A DNA stretch of 57,996 nt, the filler included, from Sphacelaria rigidula (taxonomy: Eukaryota): NCBI GenBank assembly GCA_964200075.2. It is 5 parts of 5 records of this genome, joined end to end, with 100 filler letters (N's around TTAATTAATTAA, not from the genome) between each part and the next. Parts side by side here need not be neighbours in the genome. Positions count along the whole stretch, not along the records: positions 23,241 to 34,760 come from CAXNAA020004837.1; positions 34,861 to 46,379 come from CAXNAA020004838.1; 3 more parts are not named here. One strand, written 5' to 3'. Below, piece by piece: positions 26,081 through 38,519 of the stretch. Position 1 is the stretch's first letter. Every line of letters starts with the position of its first letter. Made by a program: the position numbers and the translations under genes. The notes below the pieces were generated by a model that was not told where the DNA came from, did not search any database, and worked only from the letters and a program-made list of their open reading frames with translations.

Positions 26081-26338
26081 GTTAGTAAGAAAAATTACGT
26101 GATCACGCGTGTGCATGACCCGGGAAATGTATCAGCTCAGTCGCAAATGTTCTGAAACCAGACCTTGGGGAACTTTCGCTGACATGAACAACACTCGCCT
26201 CTTCTTCAGGAGGGAAAATACCAAGGGCAACCTCTCAGCTAGTGTCTAATATTCACGTTACTGTGCTGTTACCACGAGAAATCATACTGGCTCCCGCCCT
26301 CCCGCCTCTCTTTTCTCTGGTTGTCGTTGGACATCAAG

Positions 26339-26495
26339 GTGCGCCCATTTTACTGTGCACATCAGTGTGCCATTCAGTTGGCGGGGGGGGTGGTGGCTGA
26401 CTGCGCGTGGGACCCGCTGACGCTCCTGCCTGATATGGATAATCTTCGTCACGAAATCCAGCGGGGCGTGAAGATGGTAGTTATCACTACTCCTG
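26339..26495 (+). CDS. ISS1: ISS1/VAS1-like aminotransferase exon
   Basis: AAG|GTG; VRPFYCAHQCAIQLAGG...KMVVITTP; donor GTAAGA; phases 0/1. Confidence 0.88.
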
Positions 26496-26899
26496 GTAAG
26501 ATACACGCAAGATGTGCTCGACTTAAGCTTTGCTCGCAAGTTAACTCGAAATATCTTTCATTTTTGTAGAACGTTTGATGAGTTCGTAGGCGTTTGTTTC
26601 CCTTTGGCGCCCTTCTTACGTTGACCAGATTTCGGTGTTGCTGCAGAACGTAATAATCTGACATGCGCTCAGGGCACAGGGTATGTCACAAGTCTAAAAC
26701 GCCACGTGAAATTTGGCAAATAACCCCGACAAAACGATGCGATGTTGGACTCTGAGTGCCTGTCGAATGTATTATCGTTTGAATATGCTTGATTTCAACG
26801 AAAATTAAAGGGTATGAAATACAAGTTGGAAGGCAAGAGTACCCTGCCGTGTTGTGATGGGATGCAAATGCTGCACAACCTTAAATGTGCTCTGCGCAG

Positions 26900-27023
26900 G
26901 GAATCCGGGTGGAGCGGTATGCCCTCAAGAACTGATGGATGAGATAGCCGCGCTTTGCAAGACGCATGGCGCTTGGCTAGTGATAGACGAAGCCTACGAA
27001 CACTTTTTGTATGACGGCGCTCG
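26900..27023 (+). CDS. ISS1: ISS1/VAS1-like aminotransferase exon
   Basis: CAG|GG; GNPGGAVCP...WLVIDEAYEHFLYDGA (NP and DxxY PLP motifs); donor GTGAGT; phases 1/2. Not in the ORF track. Confidence 0.9.
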
Positions 27024-27646
27024 GTGAGTGACTTGTGGCTGCGAGATTTACTGTTGGCAGACCTGATCGGTTTTGCGGAGCGGTGAAATCATTTGAGGAT
27101 GGGCGCATGGGCAAGGCCAAGGAGAGGTTGATAAATACGGTAGCCGGCGACTATGAGCGTGCTTTCTTTGCTTTCGCCTTTCTATCCTTCAGAGGTACCA
27201 TATGCAATAAATTGTTTGTTTGGTGTCTTCGAATGAACACACGTTGTAGAGAGTATCAGATTTATGCTGCAAGAGTTGCATACCGAGGACAGGCATCTCG
27301 ATTCCTATCGACGTTGGAGTCATGTCCCTCGTTGTCCTGATGTCGCCAGCGACGGCGATAGTGCCAGACGAGTCCAAAATATACAACATACGATCTCTTG
27401 CCATTTTTACCGCATGCCCGTACCGCTATGTTGTATCATGCCGAGCAATTTCATTCTCTTTTCGTTATCGTTTTGTTCACTGGTGCTCCTTGAAGCCCGC
27501 GCTTTCGACACAGGAGGTGTCAAGTAAAGGGCCGAGAGCGACGGTGCGAATCAACACACATATGAAAACAATCGAACATTGGCTTGCATTTCCGCAACCC
27601 CTAACCGTCTTGAGGCCGACAACTTGTTGTCTGCTTTACACCGAAG

Positions 27647-27861
27647 GCACTACAGCCCCTGCGGCAACCGTCTTGGCTGTCGAGACAACATAATCCACTT
27701 GTACACGATGTCGAAATCTTTTGGCATGGCTGGATGGAGGGTGGGATACTTGGTGTACCCCGCTTGGGCGAGCGAGAACATGTTGAAAATTCAGGATACC
27801 CTACCGACTCATGCGTGCACGGCGAGTCAAAGGATCGCTCTCTCGGCTCTTGGGGTTGAAG
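27647..27861 (+). CDS. ISS1: ISS1/VAS1-like aminotransferase exon with catalytic Lys
   Basis: AAG|G; IIHLYTMSKSFGMAGWRVGY (S-K-x-x-G-x-x-G-W-R-x-G PLP lysine motif), KIQD; donor GTGAAA; phases 2/1. Confidence 0.92.
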
Positions 27862-28297
27862 GTGAAAACTAATTTTCAAGTTGACCTGAAGGTCGACCGG
27901 AAATGTTTTTTCTTCTCATTTCGTGAACGCGGAAGCAGAAAATGAATTTCAACTTCATCAGGAAGTTCAAGTGGTGGAGTGCTTGTTTTTGTTGAAGTTG
28001 GTATAGTCAGTTGATGAAGACCTGTGACGTTGATGTTTGTACTTTTGTAAATGCTGCTGTGCTCTGTGATGGACGTTATTCGCCGTTACTGTAGGGAAAT
28101 GAGATGAGGAACCTGTTCAAACCATGTACCCGCATACTCACGCACGCAAGTCGTTTCAATTCTGACGGGTACATGTACTTGTGTATCCACTGGTTTAATA
28201 CACTGGAGTTCATTCCTGTCTACGTTTCTGCAGTACGTGTCGGTAAGTTTTCTCCGAAATGAACTGATAGTTACGTTTACCTTCGGAAAATGGGCAG

Positions 28298-28487
28298 GTT
28301 GCGACTGGGCGCGTGCCAAGGTTTCAACGCTAACCCGGTGTCGGGAAGCTATGTGGGCGGCAGTGGAGGAGATGGGAGGTGTCAAGGGTGCTGGGTCTTT
28401 TTATTTTCTCGTGCCTGTTCCTATCGAAGAAGACAGAGCGATAGATATTCTTGCTAGGGAGTGGGGAGTACTGGTGACTCCTGGGCG
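28298..28487 (+). CDS. ISS1: ISS1/VAS1-like aminotransferase exon
   Basis: CAG|GT; GCDWARAKV...GAGSFYFLV...WGVLVTPG; donor GTGAGA; phases 1/2. Confidence 0.9.
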
Positions 28488-29322
28488 GTGAGACAATGCG
28501 TAGACTATGGGTAGGGTTCATCTCGTGTTTGCCGCTCGTGCTTGGGTACGACCTTATTTCCCATGTATCAACAAGGCGGATTTTCTAGTTTCTCAGCGTC
28601 ACACTTTTTTGCGCGAGTCGTCACAAAGTTACATGTGATGGCGGCTTGGTGCCGTGCCTCTATATGCTGTGCCTATCAACTATTTATTTTGTCTACACCG
28701 ATGGGTTCGGGTTTTCCGCAGATTGTTTCGGCAGTTGATCCCGTGTGTAAACTACTGCTCCATGCAACATGACGCTTAACAAGGACGCGTGGAGCTCGTT
28801 TCCCATCGTTTATAATTGACTGATGCGTATCTGAGCTTTCGGCACACGGCAAGATATTAAGTGTTCAACCTCTGCACGTTAGGGTTGAGGCCAACAATTA
28901 TGTAGTCATAATCGCGGAGCGATTGCTACCACTGTACTTTAACTTGGATGTTCCAGGTTGCCGCTAAGCTCACTTTCGCATACATGTTCCCGAGAGCGCA
29001 TTAGCCGGTAAAGCATCCTTCGCCTTGAATCAAAATCGCAAGGAAGCGTCCTTCACCCCTCGTGGTCGACAAACCAGTTCGAAGAACAGCCCCCGATAGG
29101 CCCTTCCCGATGCACCACGTCACATCCTGATAACTTTCTGCATGTGCTGTTTTACCAACTACCCGTCGGGTACCCGATAACACGCAACAGCTATGCGTTT
29201 CATCCCAACGTTCTCGTGTAATACATCGAATGAAAGACAGGAGTAAGAACGAAAAAGAGTGAAATCACCGTGCTCTTCCACTGAATGCTTGCATGCTTGC
29301 ATTTACACTTGTATCACCGCGT

Positions 29323-29355
<33 letters not shown>

Positions 29356-29401
29356 CCCTTGCTGCACTTCTTGATCGCCTTCTTGTACTCGACGGCAAAA
29401 G

Positions 29402-29528
29402 CGCGTTTGGTGCCCCGGGACACGTTCGTGTCTCATACGGGTCTTTGCCTGAGGAAGAATGCCTCCCTGCGATCGAGCGTCTTGCCCAGGGTTTACGAGC
29501 ATTAACTGCCGAGACGACATCAGCTTAG
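29402..29528 (+). CDS. ISS1: ISS1/VAS1-like aminotransferase last exon
   Basis: AAG|C; AFGAPGHVRVSYGSL...AIERLAQGL to TAG; includes the conserved substrate-binding Arg; phase consistent. Confidence 0.88.
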
Positions 29529-30092
29529 AGCTGTTCCTCGACCTTTCTACGAGGCAAAATTGGGCCATCCATGTCCGCTACTTACCTACCTTTCGTTTTT
29601 CAGCATGAGAGAGGAATGGAGATCGTGCCCGTTCAATCGATGGGCCGCGCATCCATGGTCTGCTACACGGTGAATGGGTTAGCGACGTCGTTTCTCCTCG
29701 TCCTATGTCGCGACGGTGATCTCTCACGGGTTGGACGGCTCATGTCGACCAAAAATCAGAAAGTCAACACGAGTGGAACGCAAACGTTCTTATATTGACT
29801 TCTGATTCGCCGGAACCAAGCAAGAATATTGGAGATAATCGACGGTGTTCAGGGTAGAGCATGTGCGGTACTGGGTTTTCAGGGTACCTGACTTGTCAAC
29901 TGCCAGAAGTACTGAGTATTGCAGGGTACATGGAGACGCGATACTCCAAACCAAACCTACCCTAGAAAATGCCGACATGAAGGATGGCGTCGTACACTTG
30001 AAGGCTACGGCTACGACACTGTCGAACACTAGAGGGCCGTAAAGGTACCACTCGGCATGCTGAACTCTTTCCCGCCCTAGTAGCAGCGGGTG

Positions 30093-30095
<3 letters not shown>

Positions 30096-30126
<31 letters not shown>

Positions 30127-30980
30127 CTGTTTTGCCGCCTGCTCGAGTGTGTTCCTCGGTCGCCATCATCCAGTACCCTTCGGGTTAAGGTATCATTGTG
30201 TAGAGGCTTGCAAGCTGAAGCGTTCGGTGCTCTTTTGCTCCAAGTATACAGCAGCACAAGCCAACATCGTAGATAGCGACGGCGGCACTGCTGCAGCGCA
30301 CGCTGGGTAGGTCGTTTGGCTTCCGCTGTCAGCGCTGGTACACCACGAGTACCTGAGACAGATGTTGTGCCGGGTCCGGTGTCATGAAACCCGATTTTTT
30401 AAACTCAAAGCATCTATTTACTTCATTCAGTGAGAACCCGCACGTCGTTACTACGCCAAAGGCAAGTGTGCAGCAGCAATTACATGTACCCCCAGATGCG
30501 AAGATTGCGATATATAGACACTGTAGTCTATCACGCGACAGTCATATTTACCTGAGCACAACAACTTCCAAACAAGAAGCTCCAGAGGACCAACTATATC
30601 TGCATTCTTCGAATTAGCTTGGAGATCTGGTTTTTGAACCCAGGAATCTGTATTCTTTATCATAAGCGTAATACCTGGTCTTTGAAGCAATCCCTCATCT
30701 TGATGCGCTGCATGGCCATTTCTTCGTGACAGTGTTTTACCCCTCTTGGGCTGGGGGAGAGCTACCGCGGCATCACCCTTCATACACGTTTGAACAACGC
30801 GTTCATCTGGAAGGGGTGACATGTGCGCGCGAGGCTCGAAACCATGGTGTTTCGTTTCTGCCCTGTGTTGGAGGGGTGGTATGGACTTTGATATCGTCTC
30901 GTGGACCACGGACAACAATATCCACCTCGAGACTTGTAACAAGAGAAGTGTCCATGCCCAGCACAAGCATTTGAGTGAAT
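30096..30980 (-). mobile_element. Possible RTE-like LINE 3' remnant with (CA)n tail
   Basis: Frameshifted PDERV/KRVYEG...PKRGK segment resembling the RTE RT C-terminus; ends in (CA)n at 30096-30125. Confidence 0.35.
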
Positions 30981-30983
<3 letters not shown>

Positions 30984-31017
<34 letters not shown>

Positions 31018-31705
31018 GTGCGTGTGTGTGTGTGTGTGTGTGCGTGTGTGTGCGTGTGTGTGTGTGTGTGTGTGCGTGTGTGCGTGTGTGTGTGTGTGTG
31101 TGTGCTGGCGTCCCATCTATCCTAGACGCCGGTCTACACCATTCGGTATATGTGGGTGCACCAGTCGGAGTCACACAGGAGGAAGGTCAACACAAGAGAT
31201 TTTTCTGTATTGTTTGTATTTTTCCACCTTCCTTCTGCGGTGCTTGCCTGAGTGATGCTACGGTAGGGTTGCACTTTTTGAGGAAAAATGATTCTCGGGG
31301 TGTTGCACGGATCATTTTGAGAATCGGCATCATTTTCACTTGATCAAGACTAAAAATGATCCAGATTCACGAAAAGGCCCCTGTGTGCATCTCCATGTCC
31401 TGTTCCCGGAGATTTGGGTTGCACAGTAAGCCTCATATATTTGGGCTCCTACACAAACGAGACCCAGAAACAAAAAGTGCAACCCCTATCGTAGCATTGC
31501 TAGCTTTTTTATTTTTTATCGCGAGAGGGATTCGGCAGTCCCTTTCCCTCGTCGACCATGGAGTCGAATTTTGTGCACCCACGACATAGTCGCTCTCCAC
31601 TGTTGGGCATTGTGTGAGAAAAAATCCCAGACCGCTCCGAGATTCGATCCCACAACCCAACCGTCAGGAGGTTTCGAGGTCACCAACTGAGCCACCGGGG
31701 CGACA
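30984..31705 (-). mobile_element. Full-length tRNA-derived SINE with (CA)n tail, interrupted by a MITE
   Basis: Minus-strand head GCCCCGG-TGGCTCAGTTGG (A box, 31683-31694) and GGATCGAATCTC (B box, 31639-31650); body shared with five other copies in the window; (CA)n tail at 30984-31103. Confidence 0.85.
31251..31501. mobile_element. MITE (about 250 bp, about 30-bp TIRs) inserted in the SINE
   Basis: AGTGATGCTACGGTAGGGTTGCACTTTTTG versus right-end reverse-complement AGCAATGCTACGATAGGGGTTGCACTTTTTG. Confidence 0.8.
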
Positions 31706-32599
31706 GGCTATGGGATAAAATTACGTAAATTCAGTGTGGTACGTTGAACCTGAGTTGATTCCACTGCGGTGAATAACTCATCAGCTCTAGTGTAGACAAT
31801 GAACCCTCGGATTTCGAGCGGTCAGTGAGTGCGTGATTTCAGTATGATCGATAATCACCTGGTGTAAGGACCTCCAACTACCGACTTGGTTTTATCCGAT
31901 ATGTTGGTATTTGTACGATTTTAAGCTACTTGGATTAATTACGGACTCCACGAACTAGTTAATTCAAGGGCAAAGGACAAAGTGGGCCGACCCACGCCCT
32001 TTCCGGCCAAGAAAAAGGGGATAGTGGCAGAACGCAGGTACGGCCTCTGTCCTTGCTTTGGAAACGATCTCAACCCAATCCTAACGCGGAGGCAAGTCAA
32101 CCACGACCTACGCGGGGCGCGAGAGTCGACTTTCGCGAACTTTTGAGCGCGCCGATGGGCCAAACAGTGTCGCGGGCAACAAGGGCTACGCAGGAGGCTC
32201 CCTTTTGCCGAGAACGGGGTGAGACAACCCACCGGCATCTACTATTTGACCCCTCCGCTCTTCCCCCCCCTCATTTTTCCCCCCCTCTTCGCCGAAATAT
32301 GCCCTCTATTGACCACTCTCCGTCCCTCAAAACCCACCGTCCACGCCACTGCACGGCAGAACATCTCCGCCGCATCTTTCCGCGGGCCGGAGGAACCCCC
32401 CGCACAGAAACCAGACCCCGTTGGGATGTCTTGCTGATCGCTACCTCACGAAACAACAACAATAAAGGCCGACAATGACTCCAACGGGTCTCAACAACTG
32501 GTCGCGTCATCAAAAGAAAATGGTGCAAGAATGTTGTATGGGGCGTGACTGCCTCTGGACGGAGAGTTTGGCTTATTATCATACTAATTCTCGAACAGT

Positions 32600-33600
32600 T
32601 TTGAGCCGTTGCCACTCTCCCCGGCACATCATACATGAGAGTAGGATCCTCGCTGAGTTCAGGCAATAGATCCATTTCGGATCACACAACAGTTGTTTGG
32701 CAACAAAAAACCGTTTCCAATATTCCGCACCTGAAGAAATACGCCCCTCCCGGAAACTAACCGTAAGAACCGGTCTCAGGGCGTGAAAAACCACTTCTTG
32801 ATATCCCCATCAACAACTTCAACGGGAGCGTAGATGTTCCGTTGACTAGAGCACATGCGAAAGCGTACCACACAACCCAACACCATCAGATGGCCTGAAG
32901 AACGCATTGCCCCCGCAAACCAATAATAACAATGTTTTCGTGAGATTGAGAGTAGAGGATACGATTGAGAGTGAAAAGCGGTCAAATCGTGACTAAATTG
33001 TTTCAGTTCCGAAATGCCCCTCCACGAGCCCCGATATGCTTTCTGTAGTAGCTTGCCACCGAGGCCCTTGATATCCCTGAGCAGGATATCGACGTGTAGC
33101 TATAAGCACACGCTAGTGATAGAGGCAAAGAACAGCACACACGGAATGAAAAAAATTGCCAAGTGAAAGCGAGTGACCAAAGTCACTTTCAATCAGCGCT
33201 TTACTCTCAATCTCACGAAAACGTTGTTTAATACACAGCTCGAGCCGTAGCTAGTCATCAGCCTTGCACGTTGTGCGTGACCTTGCTCAAATATGCTCAG
33301 CATTCGAGGAGAAATGACGATTTGTGTCAGACGCGCGTACAGCACACGCGAACAAGTGGTCAGCAACGGCACGTTTTCGGTTGTAATTTGACATGCAAGC
33401 GGTCGCCTCTAATCCACTACAAAATGGATGGGTTTTTGAGGGCGGCGTACATGTTTAATTGTGGGATGTTCGACATGGTTTTTGTTGCCAAACAACCATT
33501 GTATTATCCCCCCAAAACAGAACTAGATCTACTGGTTGAACTCGACAAGAAACCTGTTCTCATATATGATGAAGTAGAGGATCCAAGAAAATGGGGTTGA
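32600..33600. repeat. Long diverged inverted repeat (arms about 32600-32990 and 33165-33600)
   Basis: ttttcgtgagattgagagta / tactctcaatctcacgaaaa and gttgtttggcaacaaaaa / tttttgttgccaaacaac pairs, symmetric about position 33080. Confidence 0.7.
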
Positions 33601-33714
33601 GCATTGAAATGGAGCTCAGCCTTCATTTCGGAAAATTACATTCATTTCCGTAATTGCTTTGCAAGTCCGATACCAGTTTCACGAAGTGAATATCGTGTCC
33701 GCTTCGGGTAAAAT

Positions 33715-33805
33715 TTCGACTAACCCTTTTTTTTGCGACTTGATTTTTGCGACTTGATTTTTGCGACTTCATCTTTTCGACTCGATTTTTGCGACTTTTT
33801 TTTGC
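33715..33805. repeat. 14-bp tandem repeat (GCGACTTGATTTTT)
   Basis: About 5-6 imperfect copies visible. Confidence 0.8.
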
Positions 33806-34353
33806 TATGTTTTCCACTCTAAAAACCCCTATTGATTTCGTTTTTTGGGGGATAACTTGGTCAAACAGAAACCAAACGCATCTTGCTCCGAGGGGCACCT
33901 GGACACGCAGCAGTTGCTGCTGCCTACCTAGTATCATCCTCCAAATCGAAGTCTTGAGTGAAAAACGGAGCTGCTTGACGCGACCACTTCGTACTGCCAC
34001 GGACTTTCCCTCACGTACCCGACAAGGGGGCGACATTCCCGTACAGACAGTAGCAATGCTAGCGGATCCTATGTCCTAACAGTCTGGCCGCCGGCAAGGT
34101 GGTCACGGTGTCCTTCTAGCGATATCAACTTCCAGTGCCCTGGAGCAGAGTTTGCAGGTGAACATTTCGGCGATTGCCTCACCTGCACTTCGCCCCGATG
34201 TTGCGGATTGTTTCACGATCTCACTGAATAACATTGCATAATTTTTCATGTGGAAATGTACAAGGCCCTGCATTATGTGTTGAAATGTACCAGACCGTGG
34301 ACAAAGATGTCTACAGTCAGTACGAACACGATATGAAAAGTGTCCTACGCACA

Positions 34354-34435
34354 GTGTGTTGTGTGTGTGTTGTCGCCCCATCTATTCTGGACGCCTGCTC
34401 CACTTTTCGGTATATGTGGGAGCACCGGCCGCGGC
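34354..34435 (-). mobile_element. SINE 3' fragment
   Basis: (GT)n-gtcgccccatctattctggacgcc...ttcggtatatgtggg. Confidence 0.7.
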
Positions 34436-34760
34436 TGTGTTGCCATACAGCTTCACCCAAGACACAGGCAGCCATTACAGCGGCGGAGGCCGCCTTTCAC
34501 TCCTGCGTGCGCCACTTGGGGCAAACGCACGATGAAGCTGCAACACGGACAGCTTTACAAATGTGGCGTTGCGGTAAAGCGAGTAGCGAGGGATGATATC
34601 CTGCGTGCACGTTGGCCACGGATACAAGCGGCTGCATTCATGATGTGGCGAACTGCATAGGACAGCGCGAAATCAATGCAGGACATGTTGGTGTGAACAG
34701 CCTTTCCAGTGTAGTCTGCAGTACTGACAAACCACGGTACGAAGGTATCTGTCTTTACTC

Positions 34761-34860
34761 NNNNNNNNNNNNNNNNNNNNNNNNNNNNNNNNNNNNNNNN
34801 NNNNTTAATTAATTAANNNNNNNNNNNNNNNNNNNNNNNNNNNNNNNNNNNNNNNNNNNN
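34761..34860. other. Artificial contig linker
   Basis: N44-TTAATTAATTAA-N44. Confidence 0.98.
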
Positions 34861-37800
34861 AGAATGGGGATGTTCAAATTCCGATGCGGTCCTCTAAGCA
34901 CGCGGTCCTCTCACGCATTACAGTACCTTACTATTGACAACCCGAGCGGGCACAAATGTCATTCCCACCATCTTCGAAGGGTTACAGCGCCCGCCGCAAT
35001 CTCGTGGAGGCGCGGTCGTCTAATGAACCTGGCTGGCACGAGCAGACGACGGATGTCATCATCAATAAGGATTTGTGTTGTAATATTGGCGGCCGGTTCT
35101 TTCTTTGGGCAATAAAGGAACTTTGCGAGGGAGCTGAGGCCCTGGCAATGAAGTACGTGGTGGTACTTCGATTATTCAGTACCTACTCTAGTGACACCGC
35201 TCAAATGTGTGCGAAGCGTTCGACGTGCAGTCCTGACTTCTGTGTGCTTCACGCGTTGCGCAATAATACAATCAAGGAGACGAGGAACAGTCAGTGCAAC
35301 TCATTTAAGCGTATCACACGAACATACTTCAAGTGGGGCGAGCGTGTTGTGGGAGGTACAGCCCGCATACCCTCCTCGATGTGGTGAATACTTTCTCATT
35401 GTCAGGATAGCAAAATGCGGAGCAATTGGTACCGTTTCGGAGAGGAACATGCTGAGTCCGTTGCCTATGGTCGAGCTGCATAAAGGGTTATGACATGCAC
35501 ACTAGTCTATATGTCATAATTTCTGGGCTGCATATACCCGATGTATGAAACTGAAGCGGTGATAGACTTCGCAGGAGACACTACTAGAATCAGAACAGCG
35601 GGAATCGGCGAGGGACGTAGGTACGAGAGTTGTGAGTATCCATTTTTTACCCCGTCCGATCCGTTGTCCGGCGGTCCTCATTATCTTGTAGATCGGATGT
35701 GGTTCCTGTCGTTGATCGCCGGCGACACTTACCGTGTGGTTGGTACTCCGTTAAGGACAGCGGAGAAATATCAGTCTTCCATTGTACTTGATTTTATTGC
35801 AGCGTTGGAATCTCGGGCCTCTTTTTGTCTTCATTGCGAATGTCGCGGAAATATCGAGTACAAGTAGCCACTACACATTCGCCACGGGTGCAATCGCCGT
35901 CGTGTGCCCTATGCTCATCCCGCTGACGGCCCGAGAATCAAGGTGCGATCCCAAAGCATTGTGCGTTGAGTAACTTGCGCGACCTTTCTCCCTTTCCAAA
36001 CATTCCTGTACTTTCTTCGTTGCCGAGAAAGTCCTTGGGTGTACTTATATATCGGTCATTCTGAGAAACCGCTCTAATTCGGGGGTAACTGTCCACACAA
36101 CTCAAGTATGCGTGAACGAAAGTCAGTAGACTAGCTCACGGCAAATAACAGTATTGTGAAGCTATTTATTTTTCTCTGATCAAATCCTGCGTTCTCTCAG
36201 TTTCCCTCAATCAATCTCACGCAGTCACCCAATGCCTCACACTCGATCTCTCTCACTCAATACCTCCGACACGTGCTCACCACACACACTCATGCAAGTC
36301 CCCAGAGCAAGGCTCGTTGACAGCAGCACCCCACATCAGACTGAACGACTGGGGGCGGTGCACAGCTCTGTTGTCGATGCGTGAAGTATATTGTATTCGC
36401 ATAACCTCCGTCATTAAACAATATTCCTCTGATTGGCCATGATAGTACTCCGCAACCTCAACATGGTTGGTGCCTACTTGTACCGCATAGCATCTTGCAT
36501 CAATCTCGTTCGTTACTGAGCGTGAGCATATTCTATCAGCCCCCCTGTTCACAGCTCAGTCGTGACCTGAAAATTTATACCGTTGAAATCTGGAAAGAAA
36601 AAATAAGAACCTGACACAAGAATAAAAGTATACTCAGCCATGCTCAAACTCAATCAATATATCATGTAAAAACTCAATTCACCCGGAAAATAGTGCCTCC
36701 TCTACTATACACCGCCCAAAACCTATATAACTATCCCCTTCACGGGAATATATTCTATGTAAATCCCAAGTCAAAAAGGGTTCAAATCATTGAACGTTTC
36801 GATCCCCTGACTCTCGTAGCCATGGCGGTTCTTGGAAATATTCGCATCCACCCCATAAAAAAATTGCAGACCAAGAAATAAATCAAGCTACGTTAGCATC
36901 TCCGTGATACTATAAACTGAGGGTGATACGATCGACCTCGAACTGAACTACGGTCGAACGAACGATAGGTTCTGGCCGAGATTTATACGGAAAAAGAGGT
37001 TCGAGTGTTAATGTTCAAACATTCTAGATCCACGCCAGAGTTTCTACGCAAAATGATCGTCAACAAATCGTAAAATGCCCAGTGAAGAACGCCAATCACC
37101 AACAACGGCGAGTCTGATCTCTCATGAAATAAATCACCACTGCCAAGCAGTAGTCGCATAAATGCATCCTGATTCATAGCATCACCAACGATACTCGCTT
37201 TCCCCGACTTGAACAGCACGTTCGAATGGTAGACGGATGCCAGCACAGTGTGGGTGCGGAGGCCACTCTCTTAGAGCCAGTGGGAGACGGGTCTCGCATC
37301 ATCGCATTTGCGAGCCATTGGGTTCCACGTACAAGCTCGCGTCGAGCACCCACGGAGAGGGAATGAACGGCCGTAATATGGGGGGTCCAACACTTCAGAC
37401 CGTATCTAGCAGGCAGGAAGTTTAGACTAGTCAACGACTGCTCCGCGCTGACATAGTTATTTCGCAGTCGTGATCTGAGTCCCAAGCTACACGACTCATG
37501 GAGTACGACACGGAATTTCGATGGCGGGAGGGAACCCAACACGTGTTACCTGACGCTATGCCCCCTCTCCCACATCAACAGGAACCAGGAGATGACATAG
37601 ACGACTCATTCCCCGACGATTTCACCGTCGGCATACCCTCGGAAGCCGCAAGGTCCCGCGGTCCACAACTGGACGGGAAATGGTTGTCGGAATTGTCAGC
37701 CTATGGGTTCACGAGAAAACGCACGGATGTAGCCGAGCCGAGATACCTAGACACCTTACAAGCCCCCCCCTTTCGCTGACTGCGCGTCAGTAGAAGACGA

Positions 37801-38193
37801 ATCACCCCGTCGTTCCCCCGGAATCCGCCGACCATCCGTGCGCTTGTAGTTCCCCCGCGCTGCTCACATACGAACCGTGCCCACAGATATTCAGATGAAT
37901 CGTTAGCACCCGGTAGGTCTCACGCCTATTGAAGCCCCTACGAGGGAGCCTACCTCCGTCACCCTGCCCCAATCAGCGAGTGGCGGGAAGTGGAAGAGGT
38001 GCTCACCGCTGGGGGAGACAAGCCTCCGTCTTCCGTGAAAACTGCGGTAGACACGTCGACGTTCAAAAGGGCGACACAGATGTTGACAAACGCATCCGTA
38101 CTGAAATGCGAACAGGAGGAGGACACCTTCCTGGGGCAGGTGAGATCAATACTGAGGATAGAGAAGGCGCCCGGTACGAATGACAAAAATGGC

Positions 38194-38395
38194 GAGAGTA
38201 TGCTGAGTGCAGACGAGGAGCAGGGGGAAAGGAGGTACTCGAAACGAGTGATGCAGACTGCGAGAGTGCGGTGAGTGCAGACGAGGTGCAGGGGGGAAAG
38301 GAGGTACCCAATACGAATGATGCAGACTGCGAGAGTGTGGTAAGTGTCGACGAGGTACGAGGGGGAGAGGAGGTGCCCAGTACGGAAAATGATGT
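38194..38395 (+). repeat. 69-bp tandem repeat (three copies) in the acidic RH-IN spacer
   Basis: gagagt...g(t/a)gagtg..gacgagg at 38194, 38262 and 38331. Confidence 0.85.
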
Positions 38396-38519
38396 CAAGG
38401 TTACGGTAAGTGATGACGTTGAACAAAAATACAGTCTGGACGATCAAGGGGTGGCATGCTTTACGGAGGACACTGAAAAACCGTTGCTAGCCATCCTCTC
38501 TGCTATGGTACCCGACGTT

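Noticed and set aside
27940-27965. Minimal hammerhead ribozyme cores (CTGATGA...GAAA) on the minus strand here and at about 40870-40890
   Set aside because: Stems I and III and the NUH cleavage triplet could not be formed.
30451-31343. His-Thr and Cys-Val repeat ORFs
   Set aside because: Translations of the SINE (CA)n tail.
31630-31705. tRNA gene
   Set aside because: Has A and B boxes but no convincing cloverleaf, and is fused to a repeated body and tail, so it is a SINE head. Weaker B-box-like remnants at about 11905 and 13650 were not called.
35331-36290. Possible LTR starts (purine tract plus TGTTGTGGG at 35345; minus-strand TGTCGGAGG at 36271)
   Set aside because: No matching ends, partner LTRs or coding domains found; probably retroelement debris, but boundaries cannot be supported.
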